From NCBI GenBank assembly GCA_965217775.1, contig CBDCJH010000002.1, positions 5,280,001 to 5,344,000 on the forward strand: a stretch of DNA of 64,000 nucleotides. The letters run 5' to 3'. This document shows positions 39,131 through 48,409 of the stretch, piece after piece; positions within the stretch are counted from its first letter, which is position 1; every line of letters starts with the position of its first letter. A model generated the notes under the pieces. It saw only the letters and a program-made list of their open reading frames with translations. It had not been told where the DNA came from and searched no databases. Origin of the DNA: Acidobacteriota bacterium. Its GTDB lineage: Bacteria; Acidobacteriota; UBA6911; RPQK01; JAJDTT01. Both the position numbers and the translations under genes were made by a program.

Positions 39131-41052
39131 TTTTTGTCGTCCACGTCGACATATTCGGCGTCGATCACCTGGCCATCGTCCTCGTGAGTGCCGCTGGCAC
39201 GAGCCTCCGGTCCGCCCGGACCGCCGGGCTGGGGCTCGGTCGTTTCTGACTGCTGAGTCTGTTGATACATGGCCTGAGCCACCTGGTGCGAGGCCTGTTG
39301 CAGTTTTTCCACGCTCTGATTGATGGCTTCGGCGTCTCCTCCCTCCATGGCCTTTCGGGTTTCGGCGATGGCGTCCTCGACGGCTTTCACGTCCGCTTCC
39401 GGAATCTTGTCCCGGTTGTCCTTGACCAGTTTCTCGGTGGAGTAGATCAGGTTGTCCGCCTGGTTCCGTGCCTCGATCTCCTCCTTCTTCCGCCGGTCTT
39501 CCTCGCTGTGGTCCTCGGCCTCCCTCATCATCTGTTGGATCTCATCGTCGCTGAGTCCGCTGGAGCCGGAGATGGTGATCTTCTGCTCCGTTCCGGTGCC
39601 CAGATCCTTGGCGCTCACGTTGAGGATGCCGTTCGCATCGATGTCGAAGGTGACCTCGATCTGAGGGATGCCCCGGGGAGCAGGTGGAATCCCCGACAGG
39701 TGAAACCGGCCCAGGGACTTGTTCGCTCTGGCCATGGGCCGCTCCCCCTGCTGGACGTGGACCTCCACCGATGTCTGGCTGTCTGCGGCAGTGGAGAAGA
39801 CCTCGCTCTTGCGCGTGGGAATGGTCGTGTTCCTGGGGATCAACACGGTGGCCACGCCTCCCAAAGTCTCGATGCCGAGCGACAGCGGAGTGACGTCCAA
39901 GAGCAGGACATCCTTGACCTCGCCGCCCAGGACGCCGGCTTGGACGGCGGCACCCACGCCCACGACCTCGTCCGGGTTGACGCCCTTGTGAGGCTCCTTG
40001 CCGAAGAAATCGCGGACGATCTCATGAACTCTCGGTATCCGCGTGGAGCCACCGACCAGAACCACCTCGTTCACTTCCTGGGGGTTCATTTCGGCGTCGG
40101 CCAAAGCCCGGCGGCAGGGTTCCACGGTCCTTTGCAGCAGGTCTTCCACCAGCCGCTCGAACCGGGCCCGGGTCAGCTTCAGGTTCAGGTGCTTGGGTCC
40201 GCTGGCATCCGCCGTAATGAAGGGTAGATTGATGTCGGTCTCCTGGGTTGTGGAGAGCTCCGTCTTGGCCTTCTCTGCCGCTTCCTTCAATCGCTGAAGG
40301 GCCATCTTGTCCCGGGAGAGATCGATACCCTGGTCCCTCTGGAACTCGTCGACTACCCAGTCGATGAGCCGCTGGTCGATGTTGTCGCCGCCCAGGTGCG
40401 TGTCGCCGTTGGTGGCCTTGACCTCGACGATTCCCTCTCCGACTTCCAGGATCGAAATGTCGAAGGTGCCGCCGCCGAAGTCGAAGACGGCGATGGTCTG
40501 GTCCGTCTTCTGGTCCAGACCGTAGGCCAGCGCGGCGGCGGTCGGCTCGTTCACGAGCCTCAGGACCTCCAGGCCCGCGATCTTCCCGGCGTCCTTGGTT
40601 GCCTGCCGCTGCGAATCGTTGAAGTAAGCGGGCACGGTGATGACGGCCTGATTCACGCTCTGGCCCAGATATTCCTCGGCGGCGGACCGGAGCTTCTGAA
40701 GGATCATGGCCGACACCTCGGGCGGCGAGTGATTCTTGCCACCCAGGATCGCCCGGGCGTCCCCGTTGCCCGAAGCGTTGACCTGGTACGGGACCATCCC
40801 GATCTCTTCGTTCACTTCGTTGAACTTTCGCCCCATGAACCGCTTGATGGAGTAGGCGGTGTTTTCAGGATTGGTGATGGCTTGGCGCTTGGCGACCTGA
40901 CCCACCAGCCGCTCGCCGCTCTTGGTGATGGCGACGACTGAAGCGGTCGTACGTCCGCCTTCCTGGTTGGCGATGACGGTCGGCTTGTTCCCCTCCATCA
41001 CCGCCACCACCGAGTTCGTGGTTCCCAAATCGATACCGATGATTCTCGACAT
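39127..41052 (-). CDS. dnaK: Molecular chaperone DnaK
   Basis: [39 protein letters not shown]. Confidence 0.98.
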   Translation of the reverse strand: MSRIIGIDLGTTNSVVAVMEGNKPTVIANQEGGRTTASVVAITKSGERLVGQVAKRQAITNPENTAYSIKRFMGRKFNEVNEEIGMVPYQVNASGNGDARAILGGKNHSPPEVSAMILQKLRSAAEEYLGQSVNQAVITVPAYFNDSQRQATKDAGKIAGLEVLRLVNEPTAAALAYGLDQKTDQTIAVFDFGGGTFDISILEVGEGIVEVKATNGDTHLGGDNIDQRLIDWVVDEFQRDQGIDLSRDKMALQRLKEAAEKAKTELSTTQETDINLPFITADASGPKHLNLKLTRARFERLVEDLLQRTVEPCRRALADAEMNPQEVNEVVLVGGSTRIPRVHEIVRDFFGKEPHKGVNPDEVVGVGAAVQAGVLGGEVKDVLLLDVTPLSLGIETLGGVATVLIPRNTTIPTRKSEVFSTAADSQTSVEVHVQQGERPMARANKSLGRFHLSGIPPAPRGIPQIEVTFDIDANGILNVSAKDLGTGTEQKITISGSSGLSDDEIQQMMREAEDHSEEDRRKKEEIEARNQADNLIYSTEKLVKDNRDKIPEADVKAVEDAIAETRKAMEGGDAEAINQSVEKLQQASHQVAQAMYQQTQQSETTEPQPGGPGGPEARASGTHEDDGQVIDAEYVDVDDKK

Positions 41053-41091
41053 TTCGGGCTTCCTCCTGCCTATTTGAATAGCTGCTAATGA

Positions 41092-41120
41092 CTAGTAAGA
41101 TTCGATCTTGGGGCTGTCAA
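41092..41120 (-). promoter_or_regulatory. Possible sigma70-type promoter of dnaK
   Basis: Perfect TTGACA (41120-41115), then a 17-nt spacer and a weak -10 (TACTAG) in an AT-richer patch. Confidence 0.35.
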
Positions 41121-41142
41121 GGACGGCCACCCGGCCCTGGAG

Positions 41143-41304
41143 TCAGGACCGGGAGTCGCCGGGACTGCCGCCGCGGTCTTGGATCTCCGCGGCCAGCGAA
41201 TCCAGCCGCCGGCCCAGCCGGCGCTGGGTCCGGGTGATGTGGAGCAGGTAGACAAACAATAGGGTCCAGATGACCATGTAAGCGGCGAAGAGATAGCCGA
41301 TCAC
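41143..41304 (-). CDS. ccmD: CcmD-like heme exporter subunit (53 aa)
   Basis: Below the ORF-track cutoff; hand translation MIGYLFAAYMVIWTLLFVYLLHITRTQRRL..., directly after ccmC. Confidence 0.8.
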   Translation of the reverse strand: MIGYLFAAYMVIWTLLFVYLLHITRTQRRLGRRLDSLAAEIQDRGGSPGDSRS

Positions 41305-41317
41305 GATCCGTACTCCA

Positions 41318-42040
41318 TCATTTGGCCAGGACCTCCACTTCCATTTCCTGAGTCAGTCGCTCCTGAAGACGCATGGACGTTCTCAAGCAGAGTAGGGCCG
41401 CATAGAGGGCCGCAAAAGCGAATACCGAGATCAAGAGCGTGTGCACCATCCTCGCTTCCAGATTCATGCCGCTGGAAGTGATGACCACCGGATGGTGGGT
41501 TCTCCACCAGCGGATGGACATCCAGACGATGGGGACGTTGATAAAACCGACGATGCCCAGCACGGCACAGAACTTGTACTTCTGATCTCCCTCGGGAAGG
41601 CTGCTCCGGAGAATGAGGTACGAGACGTACATCAGCCACAGCACCAGGGTGGTCGTGACCCGAGGGTCGCCCCAGGGCCACCAGGTGAACCAGATCGGCT
41701 TGGCCCAGATCGATCCGGTGACCAGAGTGATGGTAGTGAACACCACGCCAACCTCGGTGGACGCCACGGCCAACTGGTCCCATTTGACGCGTCTGGTTTT
41801 GAGATACGCGATACTGGCAAGGAAGACCACGAAAAAAGCCAGAAAGGCGTTCCAGGCGGACCCCACGTGGAAGTAGAAGATCCGCTGGACGTCGCCCATC
41901 ATTTTTTCCGTGGGGGCGTACAGGAAGGCGGCATAGAGGGCCAACCCTCCCAGCAGGTAAGCGGGGGCCAGGAGCCAACCGGACCACGCCGTGTAACGGC
42001 GAATCGTCTTCCGGTCCGCATCAAGATTCTTCGACCACAT
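41318..42040 (-). CDS. ccmC: Heme exporter CcmC
   Basis: RIFYFHV, WWD motif WAKPIWFTWWPWGDPR, WWRTHHP. Confidence 0.93.
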   Translation of the reverse strand: MWSKNLDADRKTIRRYTAWSGWLLAPAYLLGGLALYAAFLYAPTEKMMGDVQRIFYFHVGSAWNAFLAFFVVFLASIAYLKTRRVKWDQLAVASTEVGVVFTTITLVTGSIWAKPIWFTWWPWGDPRVTTTLVLWLMYVSYLILRSSLPEGDQKYKFCAVLGIVGFINVPIVWMSIRWWRTHHPVVITSSGMNLEARMVHTLLISVFAFAALYAALLCLRTSMRLQERLTQEMEVEVLAK

Positions 42041-42713
42041 ACTCGAATACCAGATAGGAGGCCGCCAGGAAAATCACGTCAAAGGCGACCAATATCTTAA
42101 TCCATTGGAAGAGGAAGCGGAACTTTTCCCCCAGCAGCACCTCCGTGCTGCCGTTCACCGCCGCCAGGATCACCGGAACCACGATGGGGAACAGTAGAAT
42201 GGGAAGCAGGACCTCCCGGGTCTGGATGCTGGAGACCATGGCCCCGAACAACGTCCCCACGGCCGAGAAGCCGAGACTCGAGAGGAGGATCAAAAGCAGC
42301 ATCCAGAGCGTGGCTGAGGTCAGGGGAAAATTGTAGATGGCCATGAAGATGACCAGGGTCAACAGGTTCACGACCATCAGGAAGATCCAGTTGGCCAGGA
42401 ACTTGCCGAGAAAGATGAGGCCTCGGTCCATGGGGGAGAGCAGAACCCCAAGCAGCGTTCCTTCTTCTCGCTCCGACTGGAACGAGCGATTGAGTTGAAT
42501 CACTCCGGGAAAGATCAGGGCCACCCAGAGGATACCCGGTAGGATGCCGGGTGCCTCCTTTCTCGTCACAGGGTTCGACGGGTCGAATGCGAAGTTGAAG
42601 ACCATCAGAATCAGGAAAGAAAAGAACAGGGAGGTGAAAAAAGCCTGACGGGATCTGAACTCGATTCGAAGATCCTTCTCGGCCAGCGTCCAGATCAGAC
42701 CTGGTCCGCCCAT
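42021..42713 (-). CDS. ccmB: Heme exporter CcmB
   Basis: KDLRIEFRS, GILWVAL, EREEGTL, LLPILLFPIVVP. Confidence 0.9.
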   Translation of the reverse strand: MGGPGLIWTLAEKDLRIEFRSRQAFFTSLFFSFLILMVFNFAFDPSNPVTRKEAPGILPGILWVALIFPGVIQLNRSFQSEREEGTLLGVLLSPMDRGLIFLGKFLANWIFLMVVNLLTLVIFMAIYNFPLTSATLWMLLLILLSSLGFSAVGTLFGAMVSSIQTREVLLPILLFPIVVPVILAAVNGSTEVLLGEKFRFLFQWIKILVAFDVIFLAASYLVFEYVVEES

Positions 42714-42730
42714 CGCGTTCCGAAAGGGAC

Positions 42731-44029
42731 TCAAAGCCCCATCAACCCTTCCTGACCGTGGTAAAAGACTCCCGCCGCCGCTCCGGTCATGAGCGTCGCG
42801 AGAGTGGCCGCCCAAAAGGCGGGCCAACTGAGGCGGGCCAGGTCGTTCCTTCGAGCCGGAACCAGCACCGAGAGGCCTCCCACGAAGATGGCCACGGAGG
42901 CCACGTGAGTGAAGCCGCAGAGGGCGTAGCTCAAGATCATGAGACCTCGGGGCGAGAGGCTGCCGGCCGCGACCATGCTCGCCAGGTCCTGATAGGCAAC
43001 CACCTCGGTCAGGATCCAGCGCTCCCCGACGAGCCGGGCGGCGGCCGACCACTCGTCGGGAGTCAGTCCCAGACAGAGGACGAGGGGATAGGCGACCCAA
43101 CCCAGAAGCATTTGGAGCGTCGGACGGAACTCCTCTTGGAGCGCCAGGCTCGAGATCCAGCCCGCCGTCGCCCCCAACATCAGGTCCAGCAACTCGACCA
43201 ATCCCAGGATTCCGATCAGGAGGGCGCCGACACCCACCGACAGCCGGACACCGTCGTTGGCGCCCTGGATGATGCTCCCCATCCAGTGACGAGACTTTCC
43301 GACCTCCCCCAGGGGAGGCACGGAACCCCGAGTCTGCGGCTCTTCTCCTTCGGGGACGATGATCTTGGCCATCAGGACGGCGGCGGGGATGGACAGCACG
43401 GAGGCGGAGATCAGATGCCCCGCGATATAGGGAAAGATGGGTTTTAGAAGACCGGCATAGACGGCCAGCACCGAGCTGGCGATGGTGGAGAGGCCCGAGG
43501 TCAGGAGCATCATCAACTCGGAGCGGGTCATGCGCTCCAGAAAGGGCCGGACCGTCAGCATCGATTCGACACCGAAGAACAAGTTGCTGCTGGTCGCCAG
43601 GGCTTCGGCTCCGCTGAGGCCGAAGCCGCGGTGAACCCAGCGGGCAATGGTTCTCACCACGAAGGGTAGAACTCCGAAGTGGTAGAGCAGAGAGATGATC
43701 ACCGAGAAGAAGACGACTGCGGGAAAAACCTGGAACGCCAGGATGAAGCCCAGGGTGTCCTCTTGGCCGGGACCGGCCGCGAGAGGACCGAAGAGGAATC
43801 GCGAACCGGCGCTGGAGGCGGTCAGAAGTGTGGCGACGGCGCCGTTGAGGGCTACCAGGACGACTCGAAAAAACGGCCACCAGAAGACCACGACTCCCAT
43901 CGCCGTCAGCGTGGCGGCAGCCGTCGCCGACGTTCGCCAATTGACACCGCGGCGATTGGTGGAAGTGAGCCAGGCCAGCAGCACCAGCATGCAGCATCCA
44001 AGCGCCGAGTAGAGATTCCACCAGCTCAC
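42731..44029 (-). CDS. nupC: Concentrative nucleoside transporter (NupC/CNT family)
   Basis: GSRFLFG, FQVFPAVVFFS, SGAEAL, TRSEL, TEVVAY, YALCGF; GTG start after GGAG. Confidence 0.88.
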   Translation of the reverse strand: MSWWNLYSALGCCMLVLLAWLTSTNRRGVNWRTSATAAATLTAMGVVVFWWPFFRVVLVALNGAVATLLTASSAGSRFLFGPLAAGPGQEDTLGFILAFQVFPAVVFFSVIISLLYHFGVLPFVVRTIARWVHRGFGLSGAEALATSSNLFFGVESMLTVRPFLERMTRSELMMLLTSGLSTIASSVLAVYAGLLKPIFPYIAGHLISASVLSIPAAVLMAKIIVPEGEEPQTRGSVPPLGEVGKSRHWMGSIIQGANDGVRLSVGVGALLIGILGLVELLDLMLGATAGWISSLALQEEFRPTLQMLLGWVAYPLVLCLGLTPDEWSAAARLVGERWILTEVVAYQDLASMVAAGSLSPRGLMILSYALCGFTHVASVAIFVGGLSVLVPARRNDLARLSWPAFWAATLATLMTGAAAGVFYHGQEGLMGL

Positions 44030-44096
44030 TATTTCAGACTCCGATTGAACAGCTTCGTGGGCACCACTCCAGGTGCCGGGAGCGGGATGCCGCTTA

Positions 44097-44256
44097 CCAG
44101 CCCGTGGCAAAAGTCGTCACGGCATTCGACCGTCCCTGCATCCCGGCGGACTGCGTTGCTATCGGCTCACATACTCCCGGTATGCTCCCGAATCGCGCCT
44201 TGTCCGGCGGGCGCAGGAACGGTCTCGGTGCTCGCGAGACTTTCACCACGGACTGT
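44097..44256. mobile_element. 160-bp palindromic MITE, copy 3 (inverted relative to copies 1 and 2)
   Basis: CCAGCCCGTGG...CCACGGACTGT, flanked by TA at 44095-44096 and 44257-44258; the latter TA is part of the ccmA TAA stop. Confidence 0.9.
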
Positions 44257-44948
44257 TACTCCCCCTCCACCGCTCGCAAGTAGGCGGCCTCCACGCCGCG
44301 CCGGCCCAATCCGTGGGAGGCACGGTCGTACACCAGGGAACCCCGGTGCTGGATCAGGACGCGGTCGCAAAGTTCCAATCCTTCCGACAGATTATGGGTC
44401 ACGAGCAGAACGGTATGGTCCCCATCCTTGAGACTTCGGAGAATCCTGGTCAGGAGCCGGTTGCCCTGCTGGTCCAGACCCACGTAGGGTTCGTCCAGCA
44501 GTAGCAGGCTGGGCTCGTGCAGGAGGGCCCGGCCCAACGTGAGCCGCTGTTTCATGCCCCGAGAATACTCCCTGACCAGTTGCTCTCCGGCTCCTGAAAG
44601 CCCCATTTTCTTCAGAACCCGGCGGGACCGTTCCCGTGGCCCGGCGACGCCGTAGAGCCGCGAGTAGAACAGAAGGTTCTCGATGCCGGTCATCTCCTGA
44701 TAGAGCAGGCTCTGGTGGGACACGTAGCCGACGTTTCGCCGTGCCGGTCCGGATCCATTGAACCGGAGGGAGATGGTTCCGCTCGTGGGCTTGAGCAAGC
44801 CGGCAACGAGTTTCAGCAGGGTCGTCTTGCCGGCGCCGTTGGGCCCGAAGAGGCTGACGAATTGGCCCTCTTCGATCCGGAGGGTCAGGTCCGAGACGGC
44901 CCGAAAGGTCCCGAACCGCTTGGTGAGGTGGCTGATCCGCAGCGCCAT
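44256..44948 (-). CDS. ccmA: Heme ABC exporter ATPase CcmA
   Basis: GPNGAGKTT, YVSHQ, YSRGMKQR, LLDEP, VTHN; sits in the ccm cluster. Confidence 0.85.
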   Translation of the reverse strand: MALRISHLTKRFGTFRAVSDLTLRIEEGQFVSLFGPNGAGKTTLLKLVAGLLKPTSGTISLRFNGSGPARRNVGYVSHQSLLYQEMTGIENLLFYSRLYGVAGPRERSRRVLKKMGLSGAGEQLVREYSRGMKQRLTLGRALLHEPSLLLLDEPYVGLDQQGNRLLTRILRSLKDGDHTVLLVTHNLSEGLELCDRVLIQHRGSLVYDRASHGLGRRGVEAAYLRAVEGE

Positions 44949-44957
44949 CGGGATGAG

Positions 44958-45263
44958 TCAGGCCCTGGTCTTTCGGGTCTTCTTCCGCTCCAGCGCCTCG
45001 GCCCGCTCGAAGACATCGACGGCCCGTTCCTCGTATTCGGATTTCAGATCCTCGTAATCCTGGGACGAGAGCTTGCCCATCCGGAAGTCCATCTCGATGT
45101 CCTTCAGGTTGGCGACGACGTCCTCCTTCTCCCGCAAGATCGCCTGCCGGTCGGTCGGAGGGGCTTGCGGGGGAGGTTCCGCTCTGGTCTCACCCCACAG
45201 GAGGGGATAGGCCACGTAAAGGACCACTCCGATGAAAAGAATGGGAGCGATGATCAGCTCCAT
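44958..45263 (-). CDS. Small membrane protein, CcmI N-terminal-like
   Basis: One TM helix followed by LKDIEMDFRMGKLSSQDYEDLKSEY, between ccmF and ccmA. Confidence 0.65.
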   Translation of the reverse strand: MELIIAPILFIGVVLYVAYPLLWGETRAEPPPQAPPTDRQAILREKEDVVANLKDIEMDFRMGKLSSQDYEDLKSEYEERAVDVFERAEALERKKTRKTRA

Positions 45264-45291
45264 GACGAGTCCTCGTAACGCCGTCCACGGA

Positions 45292-47292
45292 TCAGGCGGC
45301 TTCGGTTCGAATTCTCTTTCTCCGGCGTCGAACGCGAGTTCGCGCGGCCGGCTTCTTGTCAGGGAAAAAGAGGAAGACCCCCGCCAGGACCATGATGCCG
45401 ATACCGATCCAGACCCACTGGACCATGGGGTTCAGGAAGAGGTGAAACGTCGCCCGGGTCAGGTCTTCGTCGTATCCGGACAGGACGATGTAGACGTCAT
45501 CCATGAGGGTGCGGCGAATCGCCACTTCGCTCTGGGGTTGCTTGGTCTTGTGGTGGAAGTGTTTCTGCGGAAAGAAGTTTCCGATGGGCTCCTGGTTTTC
45601 GTATCCGCTGATTCGAGCGTAGACGACATCCTTTTCCGGATCCGATCTCGTGACCAGTTCATGAAACTTGAGGGTGTACTGACCCACCCTGAACTCCTCG
45701 CCCCGGTTCACGGTGACCAACTCCTCATGGGAGAAGAACGAGCTGGAAATGATGCCGATGAAGGCCACGACAACTCCCATGTGGATGATGAAGCCGCCGT
45801 AACGGCGCTTGTTCATCAGGGTCAGGTCCTTCAGGGCGACCAGGAACGAGGAGGACCGGATGCCCTGGCGGGCCCGGGCGCCCTTGTAGAACTCGAAGAA
45901 GATGCAAAAGGCCACGAAGCCGCAGGCGGAATAGAAGAGCAGAGGAATCAGGCTCCGCACGCCCAGGAACAGGGCCAGCCCTCCAAAAAGCAGTCCGCCG
46001 GCCAGGGGAATCAGGAAATTCCGGCGGAAATTCTTGAAGGAGGCCTTTCTCCAGGCGATCAGCGGGCAGATGCCGGTGAGCGCCAGGAGCGTCAGGGCCA
46101 GGGGCCAGGTGACCTTGTTGAAGAAGGGTGCCGATACCGTGATCTTCTCCCCCTGCACCCACTCGGAGATGATGGGAAATACGGTCCCCCAGAAGATGGC
46201 GAAGCAGATGGAGACGAACAACAGGTTGTTCAACAGGAAGGTCGCTTCTCGCGAGAGGAAGGACTTCATCTGCTGCTCGCTCCGCAGTTGATCCGATCTA
46301 CGGACGATCCAGAAGACCCCGAACAGGGTCGACAGCAACAGGAAAATCGCAAACATGGGTCCCAGGTTGGAGAGGGCGAAGGAGTGGACCGATGAGATGA
46401 CACCGCTCCGGGTGACGAAGGTGCCGAAGATGGACAGCTCGAAGGCGACCAGGACGAGGATGAAGTTCCAGAGCTTCAGCATCCCCTTCTTCTCGGTGAT
46501 CATGATGGAATGCAGGAAAGCGGTGGCGAAGAGCCAGGGCATGAAGGAAGAGTTCTCCACCGGGTCCCACGCCCAATATCCGCCCCATCCCAGCTCCTCG
46601 TAGGCCCATACCCCCCCCAGCGTGAAGCCCATGGTCAGGAAGATCCAGGCCACCAGAGTCCAGCGCCGGGTCACGCGGATCCAGGACGTATCCAGCTTGC
46701 GGGACATGAGAGCGGCCATGGCGAAGGCGAAGGGTATGGTCAGGCCGATGTAACCCAGGTAGAGAATCGGCGGGTGGATCACCATGTACGAGTTCTGGAG
46801 CAGCGGATTGAGACCGTTTCCGTCGGCCGGAGCCGTTCCGGGAGGAAAGGTGTCGAAGGGGTTGGTGGCAAAGGTCAGCAGGAGCATGAAGAAGCCCAGG
46901 GTCCCGGACATCACGGCGGTGGCGTAGGGCATCAATTTCCGGTTTTTGTTCCGGTTCTGGACCACGGCGACCAGGCAGAAGAAGGCCAGGACCAGGGCCC
47001 ACATGAGCAGGCTCCCCGCCTGGCCGCCCCAGAACGCGGTGAACTTGTAGACCGTGGGGATGTCGGTGGCGCTGTAGCCGGCCACGTATTGCACCTGGAA
47101 CTGGTCCGTCATGAGAAGGCGGATGAGGCAGGCGGAGGCCGCCACCACGACCACGAAGGCCGCCACCAGACTGTTCTCGGCGCTCCGGGCCAGGGCCAGA
47201 TGCTTCCGGCGTCCCGCGATGGTCCCCGCGATGGCGCCGTAGCCGGACAGAGCTAGGCCGGCAAGCAGACAGTATCGACCCAGTTCAATCAT
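45292..47292 (-). CDS. ccmF: Cytochrome c heme lyase CcmF
   Basis: WGGQAGSLL, GLNPLLQ, IHPP, WAYEELGWGGYWAWDPVEN, SVHSF. Confidence 0.96.
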   Translation of the reverse strand: MIELGRYCLLAGLALSGYGAIAGTIAGRRKHLALARSAENSLVAAFVVVVAASACLIRLLMTDQFQVQYVAGYSATDIPTVYKFTAFWGGQAGSLLMWALVLAFFCLVAVVQNRNKNRKLMPYATAVMSGTLGFFMLLLTFATNPFDTFPPGTAPADGNGLNPLLQNSYMVIHPPILYLGYIGLTIPFAFAMAALMSRKLDTSWIRVTRRWTLVAWIFLTMGFTLGGVWAYEELGWGGYWAWDPVENSSFMPWLFATAFLHSIMITEKKGMLKLWNFILVLVAFELSIFGTFVTRSGVISSVHSFALSNLGPMFAIFLLLSTLFGVFWIVRRSDQLRSEQQMKSFLSREATFLLNNLLFVSICFAIFWGTVFPIISEWVQGEKITVSAPFFNKVTWPLALTLLALTGICPLIAWRKASFKNFRRNFLIPLAGGLLFGGLALFLGVRSLIPLLFYSACGFVAFCIFFEFYKGARARQGIRSSSFLVALKDLTLMNKRRYGGFIIHMGVVVAFIGIISSSFFSHEELVTVNRGEEFRVGQYTLKFHELVTRSDPEKDVVYARISGYENQEPIGNFFPQKHFHHKTKQPQSEVAIRRTLMDDVYIVLSGYDEDLTRATFHLFLNPMVQWVWIGIGIMVLAGVFLFFPDKKPAARTRVRRRRKRIRTEAA

Positions 47293-47298
47293 GTTGCG

Positions 47299-47763
47299 TC
47301 AATAAGGCCTGTCGGGGATCTGGGGCTTGTCGGAGGAAGCCGTCTGCGCTTCCTCATATTTGGAGGGACATTTGGCCATCAGGATCGTGGCCTGGAAATG
47401 ATGCTGGTCGGCCTGGTAGGCGCCCTCGACCACGACTTCCGCCCCGTCCTTGAAGGTGTCGGGGATGATCCCCTGATAGGTGACCGGAAGAGTGTTGGTG
47501 GTCTCCCTTTCCATCACCAGGAAATCGACCTGTGACCGCTCCCGATCGATCCGGATGGTGCCGGAAGAGACGTGCCCATGAATGCGCACCCCCACGCCGG
47601 CGAGGTCCGATTTCTTTTCCATCAACTCCGACAGGGTGTAGTAGTAGACCATGGTGTCGTTGATGCCGCTGAACATCAGGTAGGCGACGGCGCCGATGAT
47701 CAACAGGCCAGCCACGATGAATTTGGGAGCGGGCAATCTGGAAGCGGACATGATGCCGGTCAT
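47299..47763 (-). CDS. ccmE: Heme chaperone CcmE (CxxxY variant)
   Basis: YYYTLSE, YQGIIPDTFK, MAKCPSKY. Confidence 0.92.
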   Translation of the reverse strand: MTGIMSASRLPAPKFIVAGLLIIGAVAYLMFSGINDTMVYYYTLSELMEKKSDLAGVGVRIHGHVSSGTIRIDRERSQVDFLVMERETTNTLPVTYQGIIPDTFKDGAEVVVEGAYQADQHHFQATILMAKCPSKYEEAQTASSDKPQIPDRPY

Positions 47764-47776
47764 TGTAGCAACTTCA

Positions 47777-47813
47777 GAGAAAGAGAGGAAAGAGGAAAGA
47801 GGAAAGAGTGAAG
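47777..47813. repeat. Purine-rich tandem repeat (GGAAAGA) x ~4
   Basis: gagaaagagaggaaagaggaaagaggaaagagtgaag immediately upstream of ccmE. Confidence 0.6.
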
Positions 47814-48040
47814 ATCAGGTGAGACGTTTACGCACAACGCTGCGCGGTAACGAAGCGATTCTGACGTCGAACAGCTCGCTCACCGACCGTAGGAGAATGG
47901 ATTTTCTCGAACGGTGTGCGGCAGGAGTGTCCCGGTTGGGGAAGCCTGAGGGGCCACCTGGCGGAGACACGACCCCCTGAGAACAGGTTTAGGGGATCGT
48001 GTCTCTTTACTCGAGCCGTCGAACTCTCCCGAGGGGGTAG

Positions 48041-48355
48041 TTACCCGCTCACCAGGAGAACGACGACGAAGGTCAGAAGGGCCAGGAACTCGATGAAGGC
48101 GAGTCCCAGGATGAAGAAAAAGCGGATCGTATCGGAGGCTCCGGGGTTTCTGGAGACGCCCTCGCAGGCGGCGGTCAGCACCCGGCTCTGGCCGTAGCCG
48201 CAGCCGGCGGCGGCGATGGCCATGGCGACGGCGAGCCAGTGGATCTCCAGGCTGGTTGAGGCGGCGCCCTCTTCGGCCTGTGCCTGCACGGAGACCGCCG
48301 GCAGCAGGAGGGCAACGACCAGAGCGATGGCCAGAAGGCCGAACTTTCGGTTCAT
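48041..48355 (-). CDS. atpE: F-type ATP synthase subunit c with a signal-peptide-like N-terminus
   Basis: GCGYGQ, SRNPG loop, GLAFIE (conserved Glu); AAGGAG RBS. Confidence 0.92.
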   Translation of the reverse strand: MNRKFGLLAIALVVALLLPAVSVQAQAEEGAASTSLEIHWLAVAMAIAAAGCGYGQSRVLTAACEGVSRNPGASDTIRFFFILGLAFIEFLALLTFVVVLLVSG

Positions 48356-48409
48356 CAGTTGACTCCTTCCAAGGTTTGAGGTGTGAGCCCGTCGCATGGA
48401 GCGCGTGAA

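Noticed and set aside
41065-41095. CIRCE element upstream of dnaK
   Set aside because: Only a partial half-site (TTAGCAG); no GAGTGCTAA partner at 9-nt spacing.
42714-44021. Apparent 666-aa CcmB and 545-aa MlaF (31315..32952) fusions
   Set aside because: The upstream parts are off-frame overlaps of nupC and mlaE; the real starts are 42713 and about 32158.
48041-48355. Na+-coupled ATP synthase
   Set aside because: The Gln is present, but the Glu is followed by Phe-Leu rather than Ser-Thr, so the Na+ signature is incomplete.
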